A stretch of 64,000 bases of DNA from the human T2T-CHM13v2.0 reference genome, Homo sapiens, in NCBI RefSeq assembly GCF_009914755.1, contig NC_060932.1; one strand, written 5' to 3'. The notes under the pieces are model-generated. The model ran no database searches and was not told the origin of the DNA. It saw nothing but the letters and a program-made list of their open reading frames with translations. The translations under genes and the position numbers were made by a program. Position 1 is the first letter of the stretch. Every line of letters begins with the position of its first letter. Shown here one piece after another: positions 34,491 through 49,030 of the stretch.

Positions 34491-35412
34491 GTATGAAGAA
34501 CATTTCTTAACAGTATTTTGTAGTCCATCTCTTCCCCACTGATGTGGATGACTTTCTTCAAGTATCTTAAGTTTTATGTAACTATAATCTACGTCTGAAT
34601 GATATGTCCTCTTCTTTTTTCTTTTGTTCTCCAGCAACTTTTCTTGGTCAAAGAATGCAGAAGGATATATGGTGTCTGTGGTTTAATTAACAGGATTGTT
34701 TGTAAAACAACTTTACATTTATCTTATTTTTAAAATTCTTGCTTTTGAATAGCTGATGTATTAGAATAGACACTCTCCTATCCCATGCAAAAAGCTGTTA
34801 AAAAATGAGCAGCTTGCAAATCTATCATAAATGAGACATTGAATAAAGCATTCTTACAGTGAGGTCTAAGGAGCAGTTCAGTCTAGAATTTGCTTCAGAT
34901 ACTTTTTGAAATAAAATATTCAAGGCATAAAAAAGCAAAACTCGAAATATCTAAAACAGATACCTACTGATATTTTTACCCTAGTCTCTTCCCACAGTTT
35001 TTATGTGTCTCTGTGCTCCACTGATTCAAACAAACAACAAGAGCAGTAGGCATCTTCTAACTAAAAGTTAATTTACTAGTCTTCAACTAAAAAGTCACAG
35101 TGGAAGAACATATGTAAGGTGAAGAAAGCTTTTTAACCTTTCAGACTTAAATAATACTGTATTTCAACTTTAAAGAAAGGCTCCACTATATATTTTCTGC
35201 ATTGACATTTTAAAATATATGAACAAGTCTTTGTGGTACAATATATACTTCAATATATCCAATATACCTTATATGAATTAAAAACATGTCAACTTGATAA
35301 CTGTAGTAAGGCATTTAAGTATTCAGAGGAGCCATAAAGAAATTTCTTAATGAGTGCTGTCCTTTTAATATTAACTGGATTTAGTAGGTTTCCTTAAAAT
35401 GAACAGGAAACA

Positions 35413-35460
35413 GGCCGGGCGCGGTGGCTCACGCCTGTAATCCCAGCACTTTGGGAGGCC
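35413..35460 (+). mobile_element. Isolated 48-bp Alu 5' end
   Basis: Perfect consensus ggccgggcgcggtggctcacgcctgtaatcccagcactttgggaggcc, followed by unrelated sequence. Confidence 0.9.
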
Positions 35461-38400
35461 TTTGGCAAATTAGACCCCACCCCATCTGAGACTTCACCTC
35501 CTGCAACTCTGCCGTCCACCACCCTTACTCTAGCCACATTACTGCCAAGCATAATCTTACCATAGGGCCTTTGAACGGGCTATGCCTCCACCAGAACCAC
35601 TTTTCCCGTTTATCTGATCACTCCTTCACCTTCAAGTCTTGATCAAATGACAGCTTCACAGTGACAACTTTCCAGTCCATCGTAATACAGATTATGCTTC
35701 CCCTCTACTCAGCCCCACCCCTTGATATCTGCTTTATTTTCCTTTATATGACTTATCACTTTCTAACTTTTTAAATATTTCAGATATTTGTGATGTTTGT
35801 TGTTTGTTGGCTCCCCCTAAAATGTATGATCCAAGAATGCTGGGATTGCTGCTTGTTCTGTTTCCTGCTGTATCCCAAGCACACATTAAATCTCTTTGGT
35901 GTAAGACTCAATGACTTAAATACTTTTCAATTTTATCTCTTGACTTGGTTTGATCATCCATATTTTTTTCATTCAAAAGGAAAACACTTCTATAATGTCA
36001 CTATTGATACTTTTTTCATGAATAAATTTGTTTTCAAACAGTTTTACTGTACTTTATTTTCTATCTTGTGAATGTTTGAACAACACTTTCAATTCTTTAT
36101 TCAGCGTTTTGGAGATTTGGTGTTTACAAATGTTGTTTTTACTTCTGAAATTAATTTTATTGCCAAAATATATTTTATCAACCTCAAGAAGTAATTGTTG
36201 ATTATTCCTATGGAGAATTTGCCAGGTGAATAATATTTCTCCCATGATCTTTTCTCACTTTCCTCCCTTATTTAATTGAAATTATCTTGAACTAGCAGAC
36301 CCATTTTTAAATTTTATAATTATGAATATCAATATACATGTCTTCTTAAATCATGTTTAATTAGCTTTGTTTTGGAAAGCGTTTATGACTATAACCATTG
36401 ATCTACATATAATTACATGTTTATATGGTTCCAATGCTTGTCACAAACCTTTCTACTACTTGTTTTATTCCTGCTTCTTTGCAATTCATCATAGTTTTTT
36501 ATGTAATTCTCAAAGGTACATTTTTTTAAAGGAAAACTATGGGAGATAAGTTTATTTAATTCCTTGCTCCTATAATCTTATCAATGGAACAATAACTTTG
36601 CTAGGCATGCAGTTATTAGGTAACAATGTTTCCTTTCTCTGGCCTCTTTTTGTGTGCCAATTCTGAGTTCTGGAGATATGGTTCCCTCCTCTCCTAGTAT
36701 TCAATGCATGGAGGGTATCCCTGCCTTCCCTTCTTCTAGTAGATAATTTTTGATAGTGGTAATCTTTGTGATTGTTGTTTTTCTATCTAGAAGTTTGCAT
36801 TATTTCTTCTTCTCCTTCGTCAACTCCTCCTTTTTCTTCTTTTTTTTCCAAAACTCAACTTCTTAATAATTTGTACTAGTACCAAAAAGCTTCTTTACTT
36901 TAAGGTATGAGAGATTTCCTTACGTTTAACTCACTTTTCCACATACATATTTCTGATTGTTGCTTCTGCCCTTTTTCATTCTTGCCTCTTTTTTTATTTA
37001 ACTTATCTTGTTTGTTCTTTCATTCTTTATCCTGAAATATTTCTTCATATACTGATGATGTATTTATATCCTGATCTTTCCCTTATTAAAGTCCATAATT
37101 TTTACCTTAATCTTTGTTTCTAATTTCATACATATCCTTTTATATTTCTACCTTCATCTAATCTATCTCCTTGTGTTATCTTCTTGTCTTTTATTTCTCA
37201 TATATTAGGACTCTTATTTGCAAGTGACAGAAACTGAAGCTGCACTGAGCCGAGCATACAGGAGCTTAATGGTTTATAATCCTAAAACATTATAATAGCG
37301 TGTGGAGTACCAATGCAATAACACATCAATTACACCATGAACACACCATTAAAAATGAGAATTTGTAGGACACTCAAGAGACATATAAAATGCTACCCTA
37401 CTAGAGAAAAATGTGATAATATTAAATATAGGCTAAAAAAGATTCCTACTGTCAAAAAAGTTGGTTATTTTACATCTATCCCAAGTTTAAGTCTGGTCAT
37501 AATTACCCAAAAATAAATTTAACAAACAGGTCCCAGAGTTCACCTAATGAATAAAAATGGCTTAGCGGAGTTTTGGTTAAAAACCCTGTAGAAGTTGCAT
37601 TTCAAACATCCACTAAATCACAGATGTTACTGAATTATTGGGCCACCCATTGAAATACCTAGCAGATGATATGGTCCATAAGCATCCCAGACATTTAAGA
37701 AGTATAGTGAACCAAACTCTCAATCAACAGAAGACTAATCACCCGGCCAATTAATTTGTGTAGGCTAAGGCTAAACTTACATCAAGCTCCAATACTGTGT
37801 ATTCTGTGAAGATCAATAGAGAAAGATCTTCTTCCCTTCTTGTCCTCACCCTACTCTGGACCTCTGGGTTCCCAATCCCCTGAAGGCAAATATCCATTAT
37901 TATTGTGGCTCAATTTGTACTTTGACAAATATTGACATCTATTTCAAAGAGACTGCAAAGAAATCTGGTGTTCCTCTGAGTTTTGTTTTCATCTTGCCTT
38001 TCTCAAGCATAAATTAAGATATTATGTTAAATGTTTGTTTTTGTAGCCTAATTACACTGAATACACTGTCGTCGATAGTGTTTACATACTGCAAGCTACT
38101 TAACATATTATATATAGTAGGAAAGATGTGTTTAAATATGTTTGCATGGCTTAAACTTGTATATCTCAAAAATAGTCTTGAATTGTTATCAAGCATTGCC
38201 ATTAGTATGCTTTTTTCAGTTCTAATCAAAATATATCATTTTATTATGCTTTCCAGTTTTACTCTAGAAAATGTTGAACTGTAACTGCACATTCAAGTCT
38301 AATGTACTGCTTCAAAAGCAATTTGAGCGATCTTTTATCTATAAATATTATAATTTGGTGATGGTGTATGTGGAACAGAAAATGCTTGTTCAGGATGTGG

Positions 38401-39775
38401 CAAATACAGCCACCTGCCTGGGACAGTTCACGGAGGCAGGAAGACTCCAGGCTGGAGGGGAAATTAGGGGATGCTTCCGAGGGCAGGAGGCAGACATAAA
38501 GAAAAATCGTGGAGGTGATGTGGGAGCATAATTCATGGCTTTGGGTGCCAGGAAAGGAGGTGAAAATCCTAGGAAAATCCAAGTAGGGTGAATGAGATTG
38601 CAGCAAATCCATAACACTATTGAAAGGGGAATCCCCTGTTCTCTAGAGTTTAAAGGCCCTTGTTTATTCACTGAGAGTTGTCAGGCTAATTATGGGCTCT
38701 GGTTTTCTGCTCCTTGAGGGAAGTGGCCTCTTGACTCATAATACTAACAATAAACAACTCCACTTTGTAGGGCTTGAGTTGAGTTACGGTTTTTATTTTA
38801 GAGAAATGGAATTTTTCCCCTAATACTCAGACCCAGACCTGTCACAGATTTCGGTGGTTTCACAGAGACTCCTCCAAGTCTACGGCACTCTTGGTCGCTT
38901 TGCTTTATGGCAACAACATGCCCTCCATCTACTTGATTTTCTTTCACTTGGTTTGGTGAAATAGAAACGTGATGCTGAGGCCTGTGTTAGTTGAGAGTTA
39001 TGTTCTTGGAGTGGCAAGACTCAGGGTCCAGGGCATCTGCTCTTGGAGTAGCTCCCTTGTGACCCGGATATTTGCCACTAGGCGATCTTTCCAGGTCAGC
39101 ATCTCACGTGCAGGAGACACTCGTCCGTTCGATGCCTCTGACCGCACCGTCCTTGCTTCTAGTCTCACCTGGACACCAGGAGCTGCCTCTTGCTATCAGC
39201 ACTCAGAGCAGATGCAGCCGTTTGGTGCCTGTGCAAGGTTGCAAGTGTGTGGTTGGATGGGAGGCTTCTCCTCGACCCCCTGGTCCCATGTCTCATGCAT
39301 AGAAGAGGAAAGTCAGGGCCAGAGGTCACCTGGCCCGTTGAAGGTCCTTACTCCAGGAGCAGATCCTCAATGGGAGTCCAGATTTCAGGTGCACAAGGCG
39401 TGCGGTCTTTCGGCAGCTCACGCCACCATGCACGTGGTGTGTTTCTGCTCCATGCTTCTCCTACGGAGGCCATTCCACCGCCATGGCGTAACCAGGGAGG
39501 TGGGCGAGGCCAGGGCCAGTTCCTCACAGTCGGGGGAACTAAGGGACCTGACTCCAGCAGGTCCTGGATTACCTTGATGCATCCCAGGGGGAGAGGTTGT
39601 GTTCTGAAGATTGGAGGAGTGTTTGATTTATTTACATGGGATTTGTTGCAATACATGTTGTGAATAAATTTTCTTTATAACTGTTTCAGTATAAGTAGAT
39701 ACTGATTATCTATAAGAAAATTCTACAATCCTTTCAAAAGTACTAAGTAAAATAAGAAGTAGAAAGTGTTATCTC

Positions 39776-40089
39776 GGCCGGGCGCAGTGGCTCACGCCTG
39801 TAATCCCAGCACTTTGGGAGGCCGAGGCGGGCGGATCACGAGGTCAAGAGATGGAGACCGTCCTGGCTGACATGGTGAAATCCCGTCTTTATTAAAAATA
39901 CAAAAATTAGCCAGGCGTGTTGGTGCATGCCTGTAGTCCCAGCTACTGCAGAGGCTGAGGCAGGAGAATCGCTTGAACCTGGGAGGCGGAGGGTTGCAGT
40001 GAGCCGAGATTGGGCCACTGCACTCCAGCTGGTGACAGAGAATGACTCTGTCTCAAACAAACAAACAAACAAACAAACAAAAAACCAAA
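39776..40089 (+). mobile_element. AluSc-like with (CAAA)n tail
   Basis: TSD aaagtgttatctc at 39763-39775 and 40090-40102. Confidence 0.92.
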
Positions 40090-40879
40090 AAAGTGTTATC
40101 TCTTGAAATTTTTAACTCTGAAAATCCACCCTCTGCACATCTTACATAGAACAAGACAGGCAGCCACAATGTGCCATATGTGTTGATATAATACCGCTTA
40201 ATGCCAGCACGTGTAAGATCTGTGTCCCTTCTCTGTGTTCCAATGAGCAGACAAAGCTTCAAAACATTAGAAATGTAGAAAGAACTTAAACTTATTGCAA
40301 CTTACTCTTTATTCCCACTGCTAATCACACTTTGTCATCTGATTTTTATGTAATTTTTCTTCCAGGTGGCCTTTAGCTTGAAACTCAATTGTATAGAAAT
40401 AAAGTATATTATTTTATATAAGATATGCCTTTAAATTGATATTACATGTTCATGTTACATTCAATAGGGAGCGACTTTATTCTTGGCACAAACAGTCCCT
40501 GAAAACATTAAGCTCACTGTTGACCTCAATCGTGGTCATTGTTTTCTTGTGTGTATTTGTTGCACAATGACTTTAAATATAATGTCTGAAAAATCACAGC
40601 ATGGGGCTGTGAATACTGGTTGCCCTGTATAGCTGGAGATTTATAGCTCCTGTCAGTCTCCCAGGGATCTCTGAGATGGATTTAAGGTGTGAGTGGTCTC
40701 CACACTTTCTGGGCGGCTTTCTCTTCTCTACCCAGTGAAACCGACTGCTGTGATGAGCTGGGGTTGGAGCTGTGGCTGGGGCTGTCAAGATACTCTTGTT
40801 ACTATGATCAATCACAGCCAGGTCCATGAAGCAGTTGCTAGTTGAGCTCAGCAATGGGATTAGCCCCTTTTTTCAAGTA

Positions 40880-41450
40880 CTTATTTAGTTTTATAAATTT
40901 TAGTTGACAAAAATATATATTTAAGGTGTACAATATGATGTTTTGAAATAAGAATACTTTGTGGAATAGCTAAATCAAGCTAATTAACATATGCATTACC
41001 TCACATTTTTTGTCGTGAGAACAATGAAATCTACTCTTAGCAATTTTCGAGAATATGATACATTGCTATTACCTGTAGCCACCGTGAAGTGCAATAGAGC
41101 TCTTAAACTTGCTCCTCCTCCTTGTCTGAAATTTTGTACCTTTTGTCCAACCTCTCTCAATTCTGTCCCTCAGCCCCATCCTCCGCAGCCTCCCTTCCAC
41201 TCTCTACTCCCATAAGTTTGAGTGTCTTCAGGTAGGTGAGATCTTAGGGTGCTCGGCTTCATGCATCTGGCTTATGTCACTTAATACCATGCATTCAGGG
41301 TTCAGCCCTGCTGCCAGAGACAGCAGGGTTTGCTTCTTGTTTAAGGATGAACATCGCTGCTGTGTTCATGTTCCACCCCATTATCTGTGTGTCAGCTGAT
41401 GGATGCTTAGGGTGATTCCATGTCGTGTTTGTTTCTGTGAACGATCTCAT
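40880..41450 (-). mobile_element. L1MA-type 3' end
   Basis: Contains the motif aaggtgtacaatatgatgttttgaaa...aattaacatatgcattacctcac. Confidence 0.7.
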
Positions 41451-41789
41451 TGATGCCTCATGCATGCCACCTGAGTCCCGCATGTCTGGTGCTCTCTGCC
41501 TCTGAAATCCCTGGCCAGCATCCGGGCACGGGGGCCTGCAGGGCAGATCCCAGCCCCACTGCCTCCAGAGTCTCCACACTGAGCACCTTGCAGCCTGCCC
41601 TCCTGGCACAGCTGCCTCCAGGAGGAGCCGCTATGGGAACGTTTTTGTTCTCAGTAATTTAAGGTGCTTGCTGAGAGCCTGATGAGAAGGAATTTGTAGC
41701 ATAGGAAGCCTCTGGTGAAATTTCTCCTTGGCATTATTGGGACCAAATCCCCATAGTGTCACATTGAAGTCAACGCAACAAATGTGAAC

Positions 41790-43100
41790 TGAAATGTCGC
41801 AGTGTACCCGATCCTGTGGCCCCCGAGTGCCCTGTCGCTGATGGTCCGGTGTTCTGGGTGCGGACCAAGGAGGAGCCGGTGGCAAAGGCGCCTCAGGCAG
41901 GCCCTGGGCTCCATGGGCGGCTTGTGCTCCGCGATTTTGAGGCCATTTGCAGCAGCTCCGCCAGCCCACCGCTCTGAGCTGCAGCCGCTGCCAGCCACAA
42001 CAGCACCACCACGAGTGTCTTGGGGGCTTTCTTCAGAGGAGGCTGTCAGCGTCCTCAAGTTCCAGGCGCTCTAGCCTGCTACAACAGGCTTTTTCCCACC
42101 TGCGGCCTCTCCTCAATGGCCTAAAAGCTTGGCCAACTCCCACAAAGTTTGGCAGTAACACAGGCTGTCACTGACATTTGTGGCGCCAGGACTTGCCCAC
42201 GCGGGTTGCAAACGTCAGCCACTGTCTGTGTCACGTGCAGTGACGCCGCCCGAGGTGCGCACGGTGCGCACACCGCACGCGCACGCCCACGTAACGGCTT
42301 GGCTGGGCACCCCCGCTTGGCTTGGTGGTCCTGGTTTGGATTGGCTTTACCCTGGCATTCCTTTGCTGGGCTTGACCTTTTCTTGCTGGGCTTGGCATTC
42401 CCCTGGCTGGGCTGGGTGTTTCCCCGGTGGGGCGTGCACTTTCCCTGGGTGGTGGAGGGGGCGTGGGCTCTCCCCGGGTGGTGGGGGGACGTGGGATCTC
42501 CCCAGTTGGTGGTGGGGGAGGGGTCGTGGGCTCTCCCAGGGTGGGGTTTTGGCTGGGATTGACCTTTCTCCCCTAACAGATTGGAAACTCGTAATTTCCC
42601 GCTTTTTGGTGAAACTCGTTGACAGACACCATCTGCTCGCTACTACCAGGCTGTTGAAAGCAGATGGTGGCTGAGGTTTCTCCAAAGCTGGCTGCCTCCC
42701 CTATGAAGAAGCCCTTTGGCTTCAGGGGCAAGATGGGCAAGTGGTGCTGCTGCTGCTTCCCCTGCTGCAGGGGAAGCGGCAAGAACAACATGGGTGCTTG
42801 GAGAGACCACGACGACAGCGCCTTCACGGAGCCAAGGTATCACGTCCGTCGAGAAGATCTGGGCAAGCTCCACAGAGCTGCCTGGTGGGGTGAAGTCCCC
42901 AGAGCGGATCTCATCGTCATGCTCAGGGGCCCTGGCATTAACAAAAGGGACAAGAAGAAGAGGTAACCGGGCCTGGGGCTGGGAGGAGGCGGGACCTTGG
43001 GGGATGGGGTTGGACGTGCCCTCGTGTGTGTGTGTGTGTTTGTGGGGGGCGCCCTGGCTTTCTTGCCTCCTCAGGTCCCACGCCACCCGGTGTGTGGATA
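41790..43100 (+). promoter_or_regulatory. POTEA CpG-island promoter and 5'UTR
   Basis: GC- and CpG-rich region around the ATG, with an E-box gtcacgtg, GCGCA repeats and taacgg at 42230-42298. Confidence 0.7.
42664..42962 (+). CDS. POTEA: POTEA coding exon 1 (Cys-rich N-terminus and start of the ankyrin region)
   Basis: [46 protein letters not shown]...DKKKR; donor AG|gtaacc. Confidence 0.95.
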
Positions 43101-44917
43101 CTTCAGAGAGCTCGGGGCACAGGCCTCTTTATGAGCAGCAACACAAAAACAAAACTTTAGTTGATTTCCAATCCCATAATAATTTCCCTTATGGAACACT
43201 TAAGAGACTGTTTTAAAGTGATTTAACTCTCAAAATTAAGTCGATGCAGCAGATTATTTTTAATGTACACATTTTAAAACAATGTTATATACATTATAGA
43301 AAGGAGTATAATGAGAACTAAGTCCCATAATATATCAAATTCTGAGATTAAATATTCTTCAGATAAAATCCAATATGCATTTTATATCAATGTACCCCTA
43401 TGTAAATATGTTCTTTACTGAGGAACCTTAGAAGGAAACTGAAATGGGAAGATAGTTCGTGTCCTTGAATAGGAAGATTTATTTTTCTTAAGATGTGAGC
43501 TCTTTTGTGTTTATCACTTTTACCCAAGCCAAATAAAAATAGTAAAGTTTTAACATTTTAAAATTACACATGCTGTCTTTTACTATTGTGATAAATGTTT
43601 GTGACAGAATGGAAAAAGACTTGCTCTTCCAGATATCAAAATGTTCATGTGCTATTTCCACAAATTGTTTACTAACAGCTCAAAAGACATAAATAAATAG
43701 AACAGAATACAAAATCCAGAAATACCCAAATATATGAATTTAGAACTTGATAGTGGTGATGTTTCATAGTAGTATAAAAAGATGAATTATTCATAAATGA
43801 AATGCATGCTGTTTGGAGAAAACTAGCTAGATTTTTTATGTCACAAAAATAAGTTCCTGGGGTATACATTAAAAATTTTAAATATACAAATTAAGAAAAG
43901 TGCCAGAAGGAAACACAAATGTCTATTTTTATATGCAGATATATTTTATGTTCACAGAGACCTAAGAACCTCAAAAACAAGTATTCTGAAGGGTGGTTTG
44001 GCAAAATAAAAATTAAAACACCCTGTAAATAAGAAAAAAATTAACAAAGGACAAAACACTTGCAAAACATGTATTTTCATTTTACAGAGAATTCTTTCAA
44101 ATCAACAAGAAGACAACTAAATAAAACAAGCTCAATTTAAAATTGGGCAAAGTACTTTTTTGCATGTCTACCAATGACCTATGCACATAGGAGAACATAG
44201 TGTTCCTGATAAGAGAAGGAATTTAAATTAGAAGAGAAATGAAATACTCTTTTCTATCTAAGTTAGAAGAGGAATGAAATTCTGTTTCTATCCACAAAGT
44301 TTGTGAGGATGAAGAACAGTGGTACTTATACAGCTTCTTAAGGTTTAAGTTGCTGTGAGTTTTCAAATAGACATTTTGGTGGTAAGAACCACATTTTAAA
44401 AATGTATATGCCTTTTACCCATCAATTCCATTATACTGAAATATCTTTTGGAAATAGATACATCTGCTTTTCTTAGTATTACTTAAATAGCAGTGTATTG
44501 AGAAGAACTCATGTAAAGATTTTATGAACAAATTTCAGTCCATCCATATGATGGAATAATATGTAACCATTGAGGGTGTCAATAGATACAGAGATAAGTT
44601 GACATGCAAAGATGTACTTAGGTATATATCAAGTGAGAAAAAAATCAGTTATACGCAAACAGAATCTGCTCTTGTGTTAGCTGAAAATATGTCAAAAATA
44701 TGATAAAACTTATTTCTGGGGATTTGTATTGTAAGTGAAGTTTTTCCCTTTATCTTATCTGCGATTTCTGCGATGAACGTCTGAAAAGTTTTAGTTAAGT
44801 TTCACTAGTAATGAAATAATCCTTGGGAAGAGAAGGAGTATGCTATTTGCATAGATACAACTAATTTCTCACATTCTAGTATTTATTTTTCTTTCTGTGG
44901 ATGCGTATCTTCTGTGA

Positions 44918-45213
44918 ATTTTTTTTTTTTTTCGACACGGAGTCTCACTCTGTCACCTAGGCTGGAGTGGGGTGGTGCGATCTCGGCTCACTGCAACCTC
45001 TGCCTCCTGGGTTCAAGTGGTTATCCTGCCTCAGCCTCCTGAGTAGCTGGGATTACAGGCACGTGCCACTACGCCATGCTAATTTTTGTATTTTTAGTAG
45101 AGATGGGGTTTCACCATGGTGGTCAGGCTGGTCTCGAACTACTGACCTCTTGATCTGCCTGCCTCGGCTTCCCAAAGTGCTGAGATTACAGGGGTGAGCC
45201 ACCATGCCTGGCC
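44918..45213 (-). mobile_element. AluS
   Basis: Antisense Alu with TSD tcttctgtgaa. Confidence 0.9.
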
Positions 45214-45789
45214 TCTTCTGTGAACTTTCATTCTTTTCAGAAGTAGAGGGAATCTGTTTACCTGTTACTGTAGATTTTATTGTGTATATATTTTATTATA
45301 TAATTATCTTTTCATTGTATATAGATTAACATGTGTAAGAAGTATGGATTAATTATTTTAGTTATATATGAAAATTAAAATAGCAAATATAAATGATTAT
45401 TACTATTGTGGATGTATTGCTGTACTATACAGGAGTTTTCTTTGAAAATATTGAATTCTTCAGCTGTGTTTATCAATTCTTTCAATCGATTTATTCATCA
45501 AACATAAGCCAGACACCTATTATGTGGCAGGCATATTCTACTATCTCTTAGGATCCTTCTATCTTTGAAAATTTCATGTTTCCCTGCCAGGCCTGAGCAA
45601 ACTGAGAGATTTAAAATTGGACTATTAGGACTTAATCTCAATTGACGCTTTTCCTCTCTCCTTTCAGACAAAAGCGTTTCGGAAGGTAGAAAATAATAAA
45701 ACGTAAACTTTAACTGCCTTTTTGAAAATTTATAACAGTCACGGGTAAAGACTAGTTTAGGACTTTTAAGAACTAAAACATGATACTTA

Positions 45790-46170
45790 AACAGCGTGGA
45801 ATATTATGCAGCCATAGAAAAAGAACAAGAGCATGTCCTTTGCCAGTGACTTGGATGGAGCTGCAGGCCATTATTCTTAGCAAACTAACCCAGGAATAGA
45901 AAACCAAATACTGCATGTTCTCACTTACAGGTGGGAGCTAAATGGTAAGAATGCACAGACACGTAGAGGGGAGCAACACACACTGGGGCCTATCAGAGGG
46001 TGGAGGATGGGAGGAAGGAAAGAAGCAGGAAATAAAACTAATGGGTACTGGGCTTAATACCTGTGTGATGAAATAACCTGTACAACTAATGCCCTTGGCA
46101 CACGTCTGCCTATGTAACAAACCTGCACACCCTGCAGATGTACCCCTGAATATAAAAGTTGAAAAAAAAT
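45790..46170 (+). mobile_element. L1PA (older) 3' end fragment
   Basis: ORF2 end and 3'UTR (gttctcacttacaggtgggagctaaatgg...acctgcacac...taaaagttgaaaaaaaa). Confidence 0.85.
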
Positions 46171-47137
46171 TCCACAAATAGTTTCATAAATCCATTTTAA
46201 AAAATAAAATTTATAACAATCTTAAATCCTAATATTAATGATTGTAAATATCTGATTTACATACATTCTACAAATCTAAGTATTGAAAAAAATTAGCTAC
46301 ACCTATTCATTTGAATTCCATGTTTTCTTTGGCTTAAAGATTTTTGAACACCAAAGTAAGAATTAGTTTATTTTAGAAATTTGTTTTTGTTTTCACCTCA
46401 GCCCTCTTAATGTGTAGTTCTTTTAAGAACTAAAATTCATCTAAATGTCAGTCATCTGACCAGAACTGCCCCAGACCTGTTATAGATACCATATTCTACT
46501 TAATGTAAGGCACCATAGATTTTATGATGCCCCATTATTTTATGTCACAAGAAGAGAGTTATTTAAATGCTGCCAATTATAGTAAATTGTGAATTATAAG
46601 CGGTATTCCAGTGTAAGAAATGTGAAAACATGGAGACAATGAACATCTTAGAATCAATAAAATACAATGTTATCTGTAATCTTTAAGACATATCTCAAAG
46701 TGTAGGTGTAATTGTATCATGTCACTTATTTCAAATAGTCTTCATTAAGTAGTAGTATTAATACAAATTATAATATCTGACAATTATTGAGCTGTTATTT
46801 GTGTTAGGAACTATTCTACATATTTTGTGTAGAGTCTCATTTAAGCATTATAGTGGTTTTCTGTGAGAAAGCTATTTTTTGCATCCCCATTTTATTGATG
46901 ACGAAATTGAGACACAAAAAGACTAAGCAACAGCTAGGAAGTGACAGAGCTTAAAACAGTTTTCCAGCTCAAGTTGAATGGAATCCAAGGGCTGCGCTCT
47001 TTCTGTTCTGATACTCTGCTCTTTCATTAACACAGTGAGAATAAGAGGTAATAAATAGTGTGCTTTCTTCACAGGAATATTAAATATTTGTTTTGAAGGC
47101 TGGGATAGCATGCTATTCAGCATTTGCAATTACATGA

Positions 47138-47356
<219 letters not shown>

Positions 47357-47462
47357 TAATTAAAAAAATGAGTTTTCTCATGTAAATATAACTTGGTGAA
47401 ATCTGTGGAATGTTTATTTTGAATTCCTAGGATTTACAATTGATTTCTTGGTCTAATACTGA

Positions 47463-47687
<225 letters not shown>

Positions 47688-48869
47688 TAACATCGACTTG
47701 TGTAAGGGTCAGTTTGCCATATTTGGAAGCTCAAGCATAACCTGAATGAAAATATTTTGAAATGACTTAATTATCTAAGATTTAATTTTAAATATTGTTA
47801 CTTTTAAAGAGGCATCAGCAGGTACAGCTTTTTTTATGCACTTGTGGTAAAATTTTTTTGAAAACACTGAATTTGTAAAAGGTAATACTTATTTTTTTTC
47901 AATTTTTCCCTTCCAGGTTTTCTTTTCCCTAATCAATGTAAAATGACAAAATTTACCCTGGAAGCAAGTTTTTCATTAAAACTCCAAGAAAACTAAAACA
48001 TGTTTCAGTGAATAGAAATCTTGCTGCTTTGGCAAGTTCCTAAAAAAAAAAAAGTAATAGATATGAAGCGATGTATCTTTTAGTGGCAAGGCTTAAGATA
48101 TTTCTGATTCCTTATAAGGCAGAAATAGAAAATGAAAAGGAGAGCAATCAGAAATATCGAGGCCAATTTGGAAATTAGGTAATGGAGGAAAAAGACCATG
48201 AAGAGATTCTGTGTGTGTGTGCTTTTTTTTGTTGTTTGTTCATTTCTTTCCTTTGCGTGGTGAAACAAGGTTCTCTTCAGTTTTAGAGAATGACAGTTTT
48301 TTAGTTTGGGAGAGGGAGTTAGTGGGTTGTAAACTGCCTAGAGATTAATTTTAGGAGCCCTCTGAGGAAGCAGATTGGCAGTGAATAGGTGGTATGTAAT
48401 GGGAAACCCTTGAGCAGAGGGAATATCAGGGAATTATTTGACTTATTATCCTATTCTGGTAGAAATGGCCACTTAGATAGAGTCTAAACTCTGCTTTCAA
48501 ATCTAGAATGTCTTGATGGGAAGGTGGGAGATAAAGAGCTTATAAGTAATAAGATCAAGTTGGATTTTGAGTTTACTAGGCCCTGTTCTAACCCCATCCA
48601 GGAAAATTAAGTGGTGTTTTCAGCAAATGAGTCTCTCACTCTTTCCTTTTTTTTGGCCAAAAGCTCAAATGATAAAGGGAATTGGCCATGTGGGTGAGAG
48701 ATGAGACTGAAGTAATTGTCTGTTGCACTAGTTTTCAACTAGAAGTGTGCATCTCAGTAACTTGAGGAACATTTTAAAATAATCTACAAGCCTAGACCCT
48801 CTCCTGAAGATTTTGATACAGTAAGTCTAATAAAGCCTGGATATGTCCATTTAAAAATGTTTCCTTGAA

Positions 48870-49030
48870 GGCAGGCATGCTGGTTATGGATGCCTTCCTC
48901 CCAGCTGCTAGAGAGGCTGAGGTGGGAGGATTGATTGAGCTCAAGAGTTTGAATCTAGCCTGGACAACATAATGAGACCATGTCTGTAACAACAATGACA
49001 GCAACAACAACAACAACAACAACAACAAAT
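48870..49030 (+). mobile_element. FLAM/Alu monomer with (CAA)n tail
   Basis: Monomeric Alu-like body followed by a caa repeat. Confidence 0.75.
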
